From contig CAVOIK010000022.1 in the NCBI GenBank assembly GCA_963695895.1, positions 6,485 through 70,484 on the forward strand: 64,000 nucleotides of DNA, read 5' to 3'. Numbering within the stretch: the stretch's first letter is position 1; each line of letters opens with the position of its first letter. Made by a program: the position numbers and the translations under genes. Below are positions 48,216 to 60,101 of this stretch, piece after piece. The notes below the pieces were generated by a model. It was not told where the DNA came from, did no database searches, and saw only the letters and a list, made by a program, of their open reading frames with translations. This DNA is from an uncultured delta proteobacterium (GTDB lineage Bacteria > Desulfobacterota > BSN033 > UBA1163).

Positions 48216-49103
48216 TCAAAGGGTTCCTGCCGCGAGCTTCGCAGCCTTGACCGTGTTCATCATCAACATCGTGATCGTCATCGGTCCGACCCCGCCAGGG
48301 ACAGGGGTGATCATGCCGGCTTTTTCTTTCACGCCCTCAAAATCCACGTCTCCGCAGAGCTTGGCCTTTCCTTCCGGAGTCATCCCGATTCGGTTGACCC
48401 CCACGTCGATAACCACCGCCCCTTCCTTGACCATGTCAGCGGTCACCGCCTTGGGTTTTCCTGCGGCGACGATGAGGATATCCGCCCGCTTCGTATGGAA
48501 GCCCATATCCCTCGTCCCCGTATGACAGATGGTGACGGTGGCATTCGCCCCCTTCTGTTTTTGCAGGAGGATGTTCGCGATGGGCTTCCCGACGATGTTG
48601 GATCTTCCCACAACGACCACTTCGGCCCCGTCGATCTTGACCCCTGACCGGATCAGAAGCTGCTGGATGCCTGCCGGAGTGCATGGCAGATAATCCGCCT
48701 CGCCGATCATCAGCTTCCCCACATTGACCGGATGGAAGCCATCGACGTCTTTTCTCGGATCGATGGCATAGAGGATTTTCGTCTCATTGATATGTTTGGG
48801 CAGCGGGAGTTGAACGAGGATCCCATGGATCTTCGGATCCTGATTGTATCGAACGATCAACTGAAGCAGTTGTTCTTCGGTGATGCTCGCGGGTTGGTTG
48901 TCTTGAATCGAATGGAATCCCAACTCCTTGGACGTCTTCTGTTTGGCGGTGACATAGCTAACCGAAGCGGGGTTTTCACCCACCAGGATCGTCACGAGAC
49001 CCGGGACCACGTGGTGTTTCTCGTTGAGTTGGGCCACTTCCTGTTTCAATTCCTCACGGATCTGTTGGGCAATCTCATTGCCGCTGATCAATTTTGCTGC
49101 CAT
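48216..49103 (-). CDS. folD: Bifunctional methylene-THF dehydrogenase / methenyl-THF cyclohydrolase
   Basis: Start MAAKLISGNEIAQQIREEL behind GGGGGGAGGAAAG. ...VGRSNIVGKP...PGGVGPMT. Confidence 0.95.
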   Translation of the reverse strand: MAAKLISGNEIAQQIREELKQEVAQLNEKHHVVPGLVTILVGENPASVSYVTAKQKTSKELGFHSIQDNQPASITEEQLLQLIVRYNQDPKIHGILVQLPLPKHINETKILYAIDPRKDVDGFHPVNVGKLMIGEADYLPCTPAGIQQLLIRSGVKIDGAEVVVVGRSNIVGKPIANILLQKQKGANATVTICHTGTRDMGFHTKRADILIVAAGKPKAVTADMVKEGAVVIDVGVNRIGMTPEGKAKLCGDVDFEGVKEKAGMITPVPGGVGPMTITMLMMNTVKAAKLAAGTL

Positions 49104-49155
49104 CTTTCCTCCCCCCTTATTCAGGCATCCCCTCTCCTCGAGGGGGCTGAATGGA

Positions 49156-49902
49156 CTATGGAATATATTTCTCAAAGATACGCCTGGCGGCCTGCACCGA
49201 CTTCGACGAGGCCGGCAGATGGAATGTGGGTCGCCCTTGGAGATCATATCGGGAGATCTCCTCGTCCACAGGGATCATGCCTCCGAGTTCCAGGCGTTGG
49301 TTTTTGGCCTCCTCCGCCATTTGGGGCTCGAGCTCCCCCTGGACGCGATTGATCACCAGCACCTCGTGAGCAATGTGTAGATCCAGTTCACGAACGAGAT
49401 CTCGGATGCGCGAGGCCGTCCGGATGCTCCGCCGGCTCGGATCAGAGAGCACGAAAAGAAGATCGACATCTCGCGTCGTGAGGCGGCTGAAATGTTCCAT
49501 CCCCGCCTCGTTGTCGATGACGATATATCGGTAATTTCCTGTCAGGAGGTCCAGACATTTCCTCGCCAGCGTGTTGGCGGCGCAATAACAGCCAGGGCCC
49601 TCGGGCCGTCCCATGACGATCAGATCAAATCCCTTGGCTTCCACCAGGGACTCCTGGACCTTATAATCAAACCAGATGTCTTTCGTCATTCCTGTCGGGA
49701 CATCCTTCTTCATCAGTTCGCGGGCCTCTCCGAGGGTGGACTTCACCTCCACGCCCAGGACCTCGTTGAGGTTCGCGTTGGCATCCGCATCGACGGCCAG
49801 AATGGGTCCCTTTCCTTTGTCCAAAAGGTAGTGAAGCACCATCCCTGCCAGGGTCGTCTTTCCCGTTCCTCCTTTTCCGGATACGGCAATGGTAAAACTC
49901 AC
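49156..49902 (-). CDS. cooC: CODH nickel-insertion accessory ATPase
   Basis: MSFTIAVSGKGGTGKTT (deviant Walker A) and CxC-containing GPGCYCAAN. Confidence 0.9.
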   Translation of the reverse strand: MSFTIAVSGKGGTGKTTLAGMVLHYLLDKGKGPILAVDADANANLNEVLGVEVKSTLGEARELMKKDVPTGMTKDIWFDYKVQESLVEAKGFDLIVMGRPEGPGCYCAANTLARKCLDLLTGNYRYIVIDNEAGMEHFSRLTTRDVDLLFVLSDPSRRSIRTASRIRDLVRELDLHIAHEVLVINRVQGELEPQMAEEAKNQRLELGGMIPVDEEISRYDLQGRPTFHLPASSKSVQAARRIFEKYIP

Positions 49903-51944
49903 AGAGATCTTTTCGCCCTCCTCTCCGAACCGTTTCCCTTTCTCATGCGGCGGAGGGTCTCCATCACGAGAGGGAAAGCAGAGGCATCCGTGTGAGGAAG
50001 AAACATGGCTGCCGTGAACTCGTTCATGAAGGTAGCGTGGTTACTTAATTCGAGGTTCGTCATCATCTGGGCAATACGCTCGGCCTCTTTCAACAGATCC
50101 TTGGAGAAAGAGAGAAGGCGCGCCCCCAACAGGGATCCGTTCCCGACGAAGATAAATTTCTCGATCTCGAGCTCCGGGAGAAGGCCGATGAGGATGGCCT
50201 TCTCGAGATCGAGATGACGTCCAAAGCCTCCGGCGATGATCATCTGCTGCACATCGTGAAAGCCCAACCCGACGCTCTCCAACAGGACCTTGCAGCCCGC
50301 ATAGATTGCGGCCTTGGTGCGAATCAGGTTTTCGATATCGATCTCCGTGAGGACGATATCCTCTTGGATCACCGTCTCGTCTTTACGGACAAGGACGTAT
50401 TCATACCCATCCGGCCCCCGCCGAATCCGGTCGGTGGGGAGATCCCTGCGGAACTTTCCATTCGGATCAATCATCCCGGTGGCGACAAGCTCCGCCACCG
50501 CATCGATCAGACCCGAGCCGCAGATCCCGATCGGTTTTACCCTGCCGATCGTCAAGATCATCGGCTCAAAGGTATGAGGGTGGATGCTGACCTCCTCAAT
50601 GGCGCCGCGGGTAGCCCTCATCCCGAACCGGATCCCGGCGCCTTCGAAAGCAGGCCCGGCAGAACAGGAGACGCTGGCGAGCCAGTCCTGGTTCCCAAGG
50701 ACGATCTCTCCGTTGGTGCCGATATCCATGTAGAGCGTGAGCGTCTCTCTCTGGAAAATGCCGGAACCGAGGATCCCCGCCACGATATCGCCCCCCACAT
50801 AACTGGCCACCAGCGGGAAGATGTAAATATGGACATGATCTCCAACGTTGATGCCCAAGTGGACGGCCCGCACCGGAGGGATAAAGTTGGCCGTAGGGAC
50901 ATACGGCTCTTCACGGATGTATTTCGGATCGAGGCCCAAGAGGAGCTGGGTCATCGTCGTATTCCCGGCGATGACGAGGTGGGAGATGAGCGACCGATCG
51001 ATCCCGCTCATGGCGAGCAATTCGTCGATGATGCGATTAAGGGTGGTGACGACAATCTCCTGTAATTTCTTCAACCCCCCGGGCCTTTGGGAATAGACGA
51101 TCCGCGTGATGACGTCCTCCCCGTAGCTGATCTGGGCATTATAATCCGAGGCCTCGGCGAGGGCGAAGAGGGTCGTCCCATCACAGCGACCGTCCGGACA
51201 CGCAAAAACGACACACTCATTCAGATTGAGCAGCTGGCCAAAGATCGTTGTCGTGCCGATGTCGATCACGATCGAATAATTCTGACGCGTCGTATCCCCC
51301 GCCTCGACATTGATCAATTTATATCCCTTCTTGGTCAGGACCAGGGTAACGGTGACCTTCCAATCCGATTCTCGAAGGATCCGGCTCAGTTTCATAATGG
51401 TTCGAAAATCGGTGGAGATTTTCTCGAGACCATGCTGGCGTGCGAGAGCCATGGTCAGGCGGGTCAAATCACTGATGTTATCCTCGAGGGTAGGGGGATC
51501 GAGCTGAACGGTCCTTTTGAAAACAGCAGGGTCGACCTCCCATCCCTTAACCAGCTGATAGATATCCTGAGGGGAGAGGAGGTATTTGTGGATGGCCCGA
51601 TCGCCTTTAAGTTTCAGAACGGATCGGTCTACCTGGGACTCGATCGGGATTTCGACATGGAGGTCATTTTGAATCGATGTGAGACAGGCGAGGCGAAATC
51701 CTTCCTCGTATTCCCACTGAGACAGCTTCGGATGCCTGGGTGAGTCAGCGGTTCCGTGGAGGATCTTAATTTTGCACTTGCCGCAGGTCCCGCTTCCCCC
51801 ACAGGAGGCATTGATATGAATGCCTGCCTCCATGGCCGCCTGAAGAAGATTCTCCCCTGCATCGACGGTGATCTTTCTTTCGCTGGGATAGAAGGTAATA
51901 GAATGTTTCGCCATGGATGACGTCATTCTAGCTTCGCCAATCAT
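49899..51944 (-). CDS. acsV: Reductive activator of the corrinoid/FeS protein (RACo; 2Fe-2S + ASKHA ATPase)
   Basis: N-terminal plant-type ferredoxin CGGSGTCGKCK, then the large ASKHA-like domain. The exact start is uncertain. Confidence 0.85.
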   Translation of the reverse strand: MIGEARMTSSMAKHSITFYPSERKITVDAGENLLQAAMEAGIHINASCGGSGTCGKCKIKILHGTADSPRHPKLSQWEYEEGFRLACLTSIQNDLHVEIPIESQVDRSVLKLKGDRAIHKYLLSPQDIYQLVKGWEVDPAVFKRTVQLDPPTLEDNISDLTRLTMALARQHGLEKISTDFRTIMKLSRILRESDWKVTVTLVLTKKGYKLINVEAGDTTRQNYSIVIDIGTTTIFGQLLNLNECVVFACPDGRCDGTTLFALAEASDYNAQISYGEDVITRIVYSQRPGGLKKLQEIVVTTLNRIIDELLAMSGIDRSLISHLVIAGNTTMTQLLLGLDPKYIREEPYVPTANFIPPVRAVHLGINVGDHVHIYIFPLVASYVGGDIVAGILGSGIFQRETLTLYMDIGTNGEIVLGNQDWLASVSCSAGPAFEGAGIRFGMRATRGAIEEVSIHPHTFEPMILTIGRVKPIGICGSGLIDAVAELVATGMIDPNGKFRRDLPTDRIRRGPDGYEYVLVRKDETVIQEDIVLTEIDIENLIRTKAAIYAGCKVLLESVGLGFHDVQQMIIAGGFGRHLDLEKAILIGLLPELEIEKFIFVGNGSLLGARLLSFSKDLLKEAERIAQMMTNLELSNHATFMNEFTAAMFLPHTDASAFPLVMETLRRMRKGNGSERRAKRSL

Positions 51945-51955
51945 TCTTTATCAAA

Positions 51956-51986
51956 GAGAGAAAGGGCCCTCCGAGGGCCCTCTCTC
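51956..51986 (-). other. GC-rich stem-loop in the fhs-acsV spacer
   Basis: GAGAG-aa-AGGGCC(C) loop (G)GGCCCT-CTCTC. Only a short T run follows on the minus strand. Confidence 0.4.
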
Positions 51987-51998
51987 TCCATCCCTGAT

Positions 51999-53782
51999 CT
52001 AAAAGAGCCCCCTCACCTTGCCCGTCTCAACGTCAACATCGACCCTTCGGAAGGCCGGATCGGAACTTGTCCCCGGCATCAGGCTGATCATTCCCGTCAT
52101 GGGGCAAAGGAATTTCGCACCGGCAAAGATCAGAACGTCGCGGACCGGCAGGATCCACCCTTTGGGAACTCCCTTTCGAGTGGGATCATGGGTCAGGCTC
52201 AGGTGGGTCTTGACCATCATCGTGTTGAAATCCTTTAAATTCGGATCGGCTTCAAACCGTTTGGCTTTGGCTTCGGCCTCTGGCAGTCCACGAGACTCCA
52301 TCTGCTCCGTAGACTTCTTTGGCAACGGTCTCCACCCGTTGCGCAACGGCATCTCCAGCGGATAGAGGAACTTCAGATTGGTTTTGTCCTTGCAGGCCTC
52401 CATGACGACATCGGCCAGCTCCAGGGCACCCTCGCCGCCCTTGAGCCAGTGTTCGGAAACGGCACACCGGGCACCCGCCTGCTCTGCATATTTCCGGACC
52501 AGGGCGATTTCCTCTTTGGTATCAGTGTGGAAAGAGTTAATGCAGACCACCGGGTTGATGCCTGATTTCTTGATCACCCCAATCAGGTGGAGCATGTTGG
52601 CGACGCCCTTTTCAAGGAGTCCCAGGTTCTCTTTGGTATATTCGTCAGGAAGGGGGCGACCCGCAACGACCGTGGGCCCGCCTCCGTGCATCTTCAGTGC
52701 CCGGACGGTGGTGGTCAGGACGGAGACATTCGGAATCAAACCGCTGAGTCGGCATTTCACGTTCCAAAATTTCTCGAAGCCGATGTCTGCGGCAAAGCCA
52801 CTCTCGGTGACGTGGTAGTCGAACATCTTCAGGCCGATGCGGTCTCCAATGATGGAGGATTGGCCCACCGCAATGTTGGCAAAGGGGCCTGCATGCACCA
52901 TACAGGGTTGATACTCGGTCGTTGACATCAATGTAGGGTTGATGGTAGTTCCGCATCCACGCACACATGGCTCCTGCGACTTCGAGATCAGACGTCGTGA
53001 CCGGTTGTCCCTTCTTATCGTAGGCCACGATAATCTTGTCCCAGCCTTTCCCTGAGGTCTTTCAGATCCCGTACAATCGACAGAATCGCCATGAGCTCAG
53101 AGCTGACCGTAATACCAAACCTGGACGCCATCATAAAGCCGTCCATCTTTCCTCCAATTCCCATGATAATGTTCCGCAAACCCTGAGCACAGAAGTCCAT
53201 CACCCAGCCCATTTCGATGTTGGTGGGATCGATGTCGAGGCGTTTGAGATTCCGCTTGGCCAACTCGGCATCATCATAGTTCCTTTCATGCTGCATCCGG
53301 GCATTGAGAGCGACCATGGCGAGATTGTGTGCGTTGGTGATATCATTGATATCTCCGGTGAGACCGAGGGAGAATTCGGTCATGGGGATCAGAAGCGCCT
53401 TGCCTCCTCCGGCCGCCGTTCCCTTCACATTCATGGTCGGACCGCCAGAGGGCTGGCGGATGCAGCCTCCCACGTTCTTCCCTCTCTTGCCAAGCCCCTC
53501 GATCAGACCCATCGAGGTCGTTGTTTTTCCTTCGCCGAGAGGGGTCGGTGTGATGGCCGTGACTTCGATATATTTCCCGTCGGGCCTGTTTTTGAGGCGA
53601 TCGATAATCTTCATGAAATCGAGCCGGCACAATCTCCCCATGGGGATAATTTCGTCCTTCTGAAGCCCAAGTTTGTCCCGCCACTGTTCGGGGGTAGGCA
53701 TATTTCCCTCGGTGGCCTCTGCAATCTGCCAATCTGCAAGTTTTCTCGGATCTAAATCTTCGTACTTAGGCATTTCGATCAT
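51999..53782 (-). pseudogene. fhs: Formate-tetrahydrofolate ligase, two frame disruptions (about 53035 and about 52950)
   Basis: ORFs 53015-53782, 52645-53028 (first ~25 codons) and 51999-52964 chain into ...EGKTTT...LRERLG|[23 protein letters not shown]...|[26 protein letters not shown].... Confidence 0.9.
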
Positions 53783-54095
53783 CTCCTCCTTCCTTAGAAT
53801 AGTCGTTTCTGGGTAAGTACAGAGACCAATCGCCGGTCCCTTGTAACTTATTTCACATCATACCACATAAACAAAACGACGCACATGGTGAAATGATAAA
53901 ATCGATGAGTGAGGCAGGATGAACAAGGATTGCTAAAATGTATATTTACATAATACAGCGCATCACTCTGGGGAAGAAGTTAGTTCCTGATCCCCCCTTT
54001 CTTTGCTTATAGTCCCAAAGAAAGGCTATGACCTACGTTCAGCTTAGATGGTTTTGGATGAATATGTGGCAAATGTGTTCCGGTATGGTTCGTGG

Positions 54096-54124
54096 ATGAT
54101 AAATCAATACTTTTTATTTGTCAA
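54096..54124 (-). promoter_or_regulatory. Sigma70-like promoter candidate TTGACA-N17-TATCAT facing fhs
   Basis: The minus strand has -35 at 54124-54119 and -10 at 54101-54096. This is about 310 nt upstream of the fhs start and 20 bp from MITE copy 2. A second extended -10 (TGGTATGAT) lies at 53857-53865. Confidence 0.3.
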
Positions 54125-54143
54125 CGAAAATTTGGAAAATTTC

Positions 54144-54379
54144 GTAACCCCTCAGTTACCGGTCACGCCATTACCCCCGGAAGTCGACCTGCTCCGTCCT
54201 CGCGTTCCAGAGGCGGGGTTTTAAACGTGACCCTAACTAAGCTCTGAGCATTGATGCACGGTGATTTGCCAGGAGTCGCGGTGAGTCCTTCGCAAAAGGA
54301 TCCGCCACCGGACCGCTGCGGGTGAGCAGGTCAACCTCCGTGGAATGGGGGGTCTGTTGTGCGGTAACTGAGGGGTTAC
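54144..54379 (+). mobile_element. 236-bp MITE, copy 2
   Basis: It has the same TIRs as copy 1. The 8-bp duplication AAAATTTC lies at 54136-54143 and 54380-54387. Confidence 0.85.
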
Positions 54380-54532
54380 AAAATTTCAACTTTGAGGGAC
54401 CGAACCATCACCCAAGGGGAACAATTTGCCGTGAACGTGATGGTCTCCCTTAAACAAGAGGCCTTAGAATGATTTGCTTCGATTGGATGAATCGAGAAAA
54501 ATGTGATATGAGGAAGGAGAGGAGACAAGACC

Positions 54533-55429
54533 ATGAAGCCTGTCGAAGTTCAGCCCCATCTCTATCGAATTCCGCTCTGCAGGAACATCGATGGATTAGA
54601 AGGGTTCATCGGGTCGTGGGTCTTTGACGGGGACGTCACCTTCATCGTGGATGTGGGACCCAAAACCTCCTTGTCGACCTTACTCGAGGGGCTGCAGGAA
54701 CTGAAGATCAAACGGCTCGACTTCATTTTTCTCACCCACGTCCATATTGATCACGCAGGTGCGACCGGTTCCTTGATCGCGCACTTTCCAGAAGCGAAGG
54801 TGGTCTGCCACCCACTGGGAATCACGCACCTCATTGATCCTCAAAGGCTATGGGAGGGAAGCAAGAAGGTTCTGGGAGAACTGGCCTTGAAATACGGTGA
54901 GATCGATCCCGTTCCAGAACAGAATCTCCTTTCCTCCGAGGAGTTTGAGTGGAAAGACTTCCGGATCATCCTTACCCCTGGACATGCCGCCCATCACCTC
55001 AGTGTCCTCCATCGTCATCGGCTTTTTGTGGGTGAGGCGGGAGGGATTTTCCTTGACTTCGGCGATGAATTCTATCTTCGGCCACCCACGCCGCCCAGGT
55101 TCATCTTGGAGGAAGCCGTTGGCAGTATCGACAGACTCCTGGATGCCCAGGCCCAAGACATCTATTATGCCCATGCGGGATTTCATCGGGACGCGAACAA
55201 AATGCTCACGCTCTATCGGAAGCAGCTCTTCTTCTGGAGGGACGTTGTCGCAGACCAAATGAAACAGCACGGAGAGAAAGATCTGATCGAGCGGTGTGTC
55301 TCCGTCCTATTGGAACGAGACGAGCTTTTAAAAAGTTTTTGCCTCATGAGACGCGAGGAAAGGGATCGCGAATTGAATTTCACCCGTAACAGTCTTATGG
55401 GATTCATTGACTATTTAAACCCTTCTTGA
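54533..55429 (+). CDS. MBL-fold metallo-hydrolase
   Basis: THVHIDHAG (HxHxDH) motif, 298 aa. Confidence 0.8.
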   Translation: MKPVEVQPHLYRIPLCRNIDGLEGFIGSWVFDGDVTFIVDVGPKTSLSTLLEGLQELKIKRLDFIFLTHVHIDHAGATGSLIAHFPEAKVVCHPLGITHLIDPQRLWEGSKKVLGELALKYGEIDPVPEQNLLSSEEFEWKDFRIILTPGHAAHHLSVLHRHRLFVGEAGGIFLDFGDEFYLRPPTPPRFILEEAVGSIDRLLDAQAQDIYYAHAGFHRDANKMLTLYRKQLFFWRDVVADQMKQHGEKDLIERCVSVLLERDELLKSFCLMRREERDRELNFTRNSLMGFIDYLNPS

Positions 55430-55466
55430 CGGAGTTCTCTTTCACTGAAACGATGGAGGATCAGAA

Positions 55467-55952
55467 ATGAAGATCTTTGAGAGTCAGGACATACTTCTTT
55501 TTGCAAAACGAATCGAGGAAAACGGAGAGAGGTTCTATCAACAATCTGCAGATCGGCTTCAGGACCCGAAAGCCAAAGAGCTCTTTCGTTACCTGGCTGA
55601 AGAGGAGCGAGTGCACAGAAATGTGTTTGAGGGAATGCTCTCAACGATGGAGAGATTTGATGTGAGGGAAACCTATGAAGGAGAGTATCTCTCCTATCTT
55701 CAGGACTATCTCGATCGCAAGGTCATTTTTGATTCCAAGGCAGCGGAAAGAGAACTGGCTGGCGTTCAAGACCCGGTGTCTGCCATTGACTTCGCCATCC
55801 GCCGGGAGATGGATGCCATCCTCTATTTTACGGAAGTGAAGCACTTTGTCTCCGAGGGGCAGCAGGGTCCGGTTGGCCGAATCCTTGAAGAGGAGAGGGG
55901 ACATTTCTCGAAATTGAACGACCTTAAGAGAACCTTCGAAAAGGAAAAGTAG
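55467..55952 (+). CDS. Ferritin-like / rubrerythrin-family diiron protein
   Basis: Two ExxH-type helices: LAEEERVHRNVF and ILEEERGHFSKL. Confidence 0.7.
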   Translation: MKIFESQDILLFAKRIEENGERFYQQSADRLQDPKAKELFRYLAEEERVHRNVFEGMLSTMERFDVRETYEGEYLSYLQDYLDRKVIFDSKAAERELAGVQDPVSAIDFAIRREMDAILYFTEVKHFVSEGQQGPVGRILEEERGHFSKLNDLKRTFEKEK

Positions 55953-55974
55953 ACCTTCTCGTTTGAGCAGCATG

Positions 55975-56124
55975 GCCCCGTCCCGCCCTGCGGGATGCGC
56001 GGGGAACTTCACATAAAAAATCTTCTTTATTTTTTCTTTCATTAGAGCTACAATTTTTCCGTCCTCAGGAGATTCTCTCACGGGCAAGTTGGCTGGATGC
56101 CCCGCCCTGTGGGCGAGGCTTCAT
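55975..56124. repeat. Two REP-like units
   Basis: GCCCCGTCCCGCCCTGCGGGATGCGCGGGGAACTTCAC and GCCCCGCCCTGTGGGCGAGGCTTCA. The second has the same GGGCAAGTYGGCTGGA leader as 37427. Confidence 0.7.
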
Positions 56125-56150
56125 AGACGGAAGGGAGAGGAGAGCACAGG

Positions 56151-56558
56151 ATGGAACCTGTAAAGGTGGTTGTTCATTATTCTAGCGGCAATATCATGAA
56201 AGGATTTACGCAGGATTTCCTGCCTAATAAAGATCGCTTTCATCTCCGTCCAGCACTGAAGCCGAGCGGTGAAGGACCCCCGGTGGAGATTCTGGTGAAG
56301 GAACTCAAGGCCCTGTTCTTTGTCCGGGACTTTGCCGGGAATTCGCAACACGTTGACCGAAAGAAATATATCGAGGGGGAACACCCAACAGGGAAGCAAG
56401 TAGAGGTGACATTTGCAGACGGTGAAATAATGGTTGGGTCGACCTTAGGTTATGATGCAAATCGCCCCGGATTCTTCGTGTTCCCGGCTGATCCGAATTG
56501 CAACAATCTTCGAGTGTTTGCCGTTACGTCCTCGGTGAAAAAAGTTCGTCAACTTTAG
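56151..56558 (+). CDS. Hypothetical protein, 135 aa
   Basis: Clean ORF with native-like composition. No family was recognised. Confidence 0.5.
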   Translation: MEPVKVVVHYSSGNIMKGFTQDFLPNKDRFHLRPALKPSGEGPPVEILVKELKALFFVRDFAGNSQHVDRKKYIEGEHPTGKQVEVTFADGEIMVGSTLGYDANRPGFFVFPADPNCNNLRVFAVTSSVKKVRQL

Positions 56559-56695
56559 CAGGTTGCTGAAAAACGGCCATCTGCTGCGTTTCTCCTGCCT
56601 GCGGGCAGGTCCCTCGTCGTTGCGGCGTACACGAAAGTACGCCTCACTCCTCAGGATTTCAAGAGCCTTGCATCTCGCCCTTTTTGAGCAACCTG
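56559..56695. repeat. 137-bp unit bounded by 15-bp inverted repeats (CAGGTTGCTGAAAAA / TTTTTGAGCAACCTG, 14/15)
   Basis: The interior contains CTGCCTGCGGGCAGG and a second hairpin. It sits at the left border of the AT-rich block. Confidence 0.5.
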
Positions 56696-56867
56696 TAAAA
56701 CATGACTTTTTCTGTAGCAAGTGCAATAAGCAGATAGGTTCTTACCGTTCTTTCGAAAAGTAACCCTGTATGGCTCTTCGGCTGATCCCTGAACCAAAAA
56801 GCGAATTTCTTCCATAAACAAGACTTCCCCTTTCCGGCATTAGAATTAGCTCCGTTCATCGGATCGA

Positions 56868-57305
56868 TTATTCATTCAGTTCACCAGTTTTCAGGAAGTT
56901 GACAAACTCTCTTTGAGATAATTTGTATTCTTTAACGGCTATTAGAGATGTAGATTCCTTATCCGGCTTATATATCGTGAAGTTAACCATGCCTTCAACA
57001 AGATTCTTATTCTTATCAAGAATCGTCGGTGTTGCAGATGTGATTTTGCAGGCAATTTTTATAGCTTTAAGAGCTTGTCCCCATTTTCTATAAGCTTTGG
57101 GGGTGTCATAAAACAAATGACCTTCAGCAAAAGAGAAATACGGCCCTTGAGTCCACTCCAAAAAGGACTGTTTATTCTTCTTACGTTCTGTAAATTTAAT
57201 GTCTAGCTGATTGCGATAACATTCTTTGACAGCCATAAACCAGCCATCAGCATATCCATTGACAAAATCTGCAATAAGATGTGTGTGGCGTTTGCCTGTT
57301 TCCAT
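56868..57305 (-). CDS. Hypothetical protein in AT-rich block, 145 aa
   Basis: The ATG at 57305 (METGKRH...) is preceded by TAGGAGCAAGA, directly after the ligA stop. No family was recognised. Confidence 0.5.
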   Translation of the reverse strand: METGKRHTHLIADFVNGYADGWFMAVKECYRNQLDIKFTERKKNKQSFLEWTQGPYFSFAEGHLFYDTPKAYRKWGQALKAIKIACKITSATPTILDKNKNLVEGMVNFTIYKPDKESTSLIAVKEYKLSQREFVNFLKTGELNE

Positions 57306-57334
57306 TCTTGCTCCTAAGAATGAAAAGTATTCTC

Positions 57335-59723
<2,389 letters not shown>

Positions 59724-60006
59724 CTATCAATGGCATTTTAGACAGGATGAAGGACCGTGTCAAATTGAATCGGCTCGGGTTTGGCAACTTGCCCTTTACA
59801 ACCACATCCCGATCTGCTCTTCTGCCATCACCTCCCTTTACAGCCCATCGTCAGTGTCTGCTGCAATTATTGGCAGACAGAATAAATTATTGTGGATAAC
59901 CTGTGGGAGAACCCCCAAGATATAGCATCTTTGTTTTCCCCGAACCGTATATGTGGAGTCGATGGCCAAATGAGGGAAGTATTTTGAATTGACTATAAAA
60001 TTTTAC

Positions 60007-60035
60007 TTGACAAAGCTGGACTTTTTATTATAAAT
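60007..60035 (+). promoter_or_regulatory. Sigma70-type promoter of the dcw cluster: TTGACA-N16/17-TATAAAT
   Basis: TTGACA lies at 60007-60012 and TATAAAT at 60029-60035, about 70 nt upstream of mraZ. Confidence 0.55.
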
Positions 60036-60047
60036 ATATTGCTCAAG

Positions 60048-60072
60048 TGGGGAAAAGTGGGATAGGGTGGTA
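60048..60072 (+). promoter_or_regulatory. Three direct TGGNN repeats at exact 10-bp phasing (candidate MraZ operator)
   Basis: TGGGG (60048), TGGGA (60058) and TGGTA (60068), each separated by 5 nt. Confidence 0.5.
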
Positions 60073-60101
60073 TGAACTGGTTCAATTAGGGGGTGTAACC
60101 C

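Noticed and set aside
28460-54379. A composite transposon formed by the two MITE copies carrying the Wood-Ljungdahl cluster.
   Set aside because: Each copy has its own matching 8-bp duplication (CGGAAGAA versus AAAATTTC). A composite insertion would instead place one duplicated 8-mer at the two outer ends only.
23451-56124. A CRISPR array formed by the recurring GC-rich palindromes.
   Set aside because: The units are dispersed singly or in pairs across 33 kb, with irregular spacing and orientation. There is no repeat-spacer periodicity and there are no cas genes.
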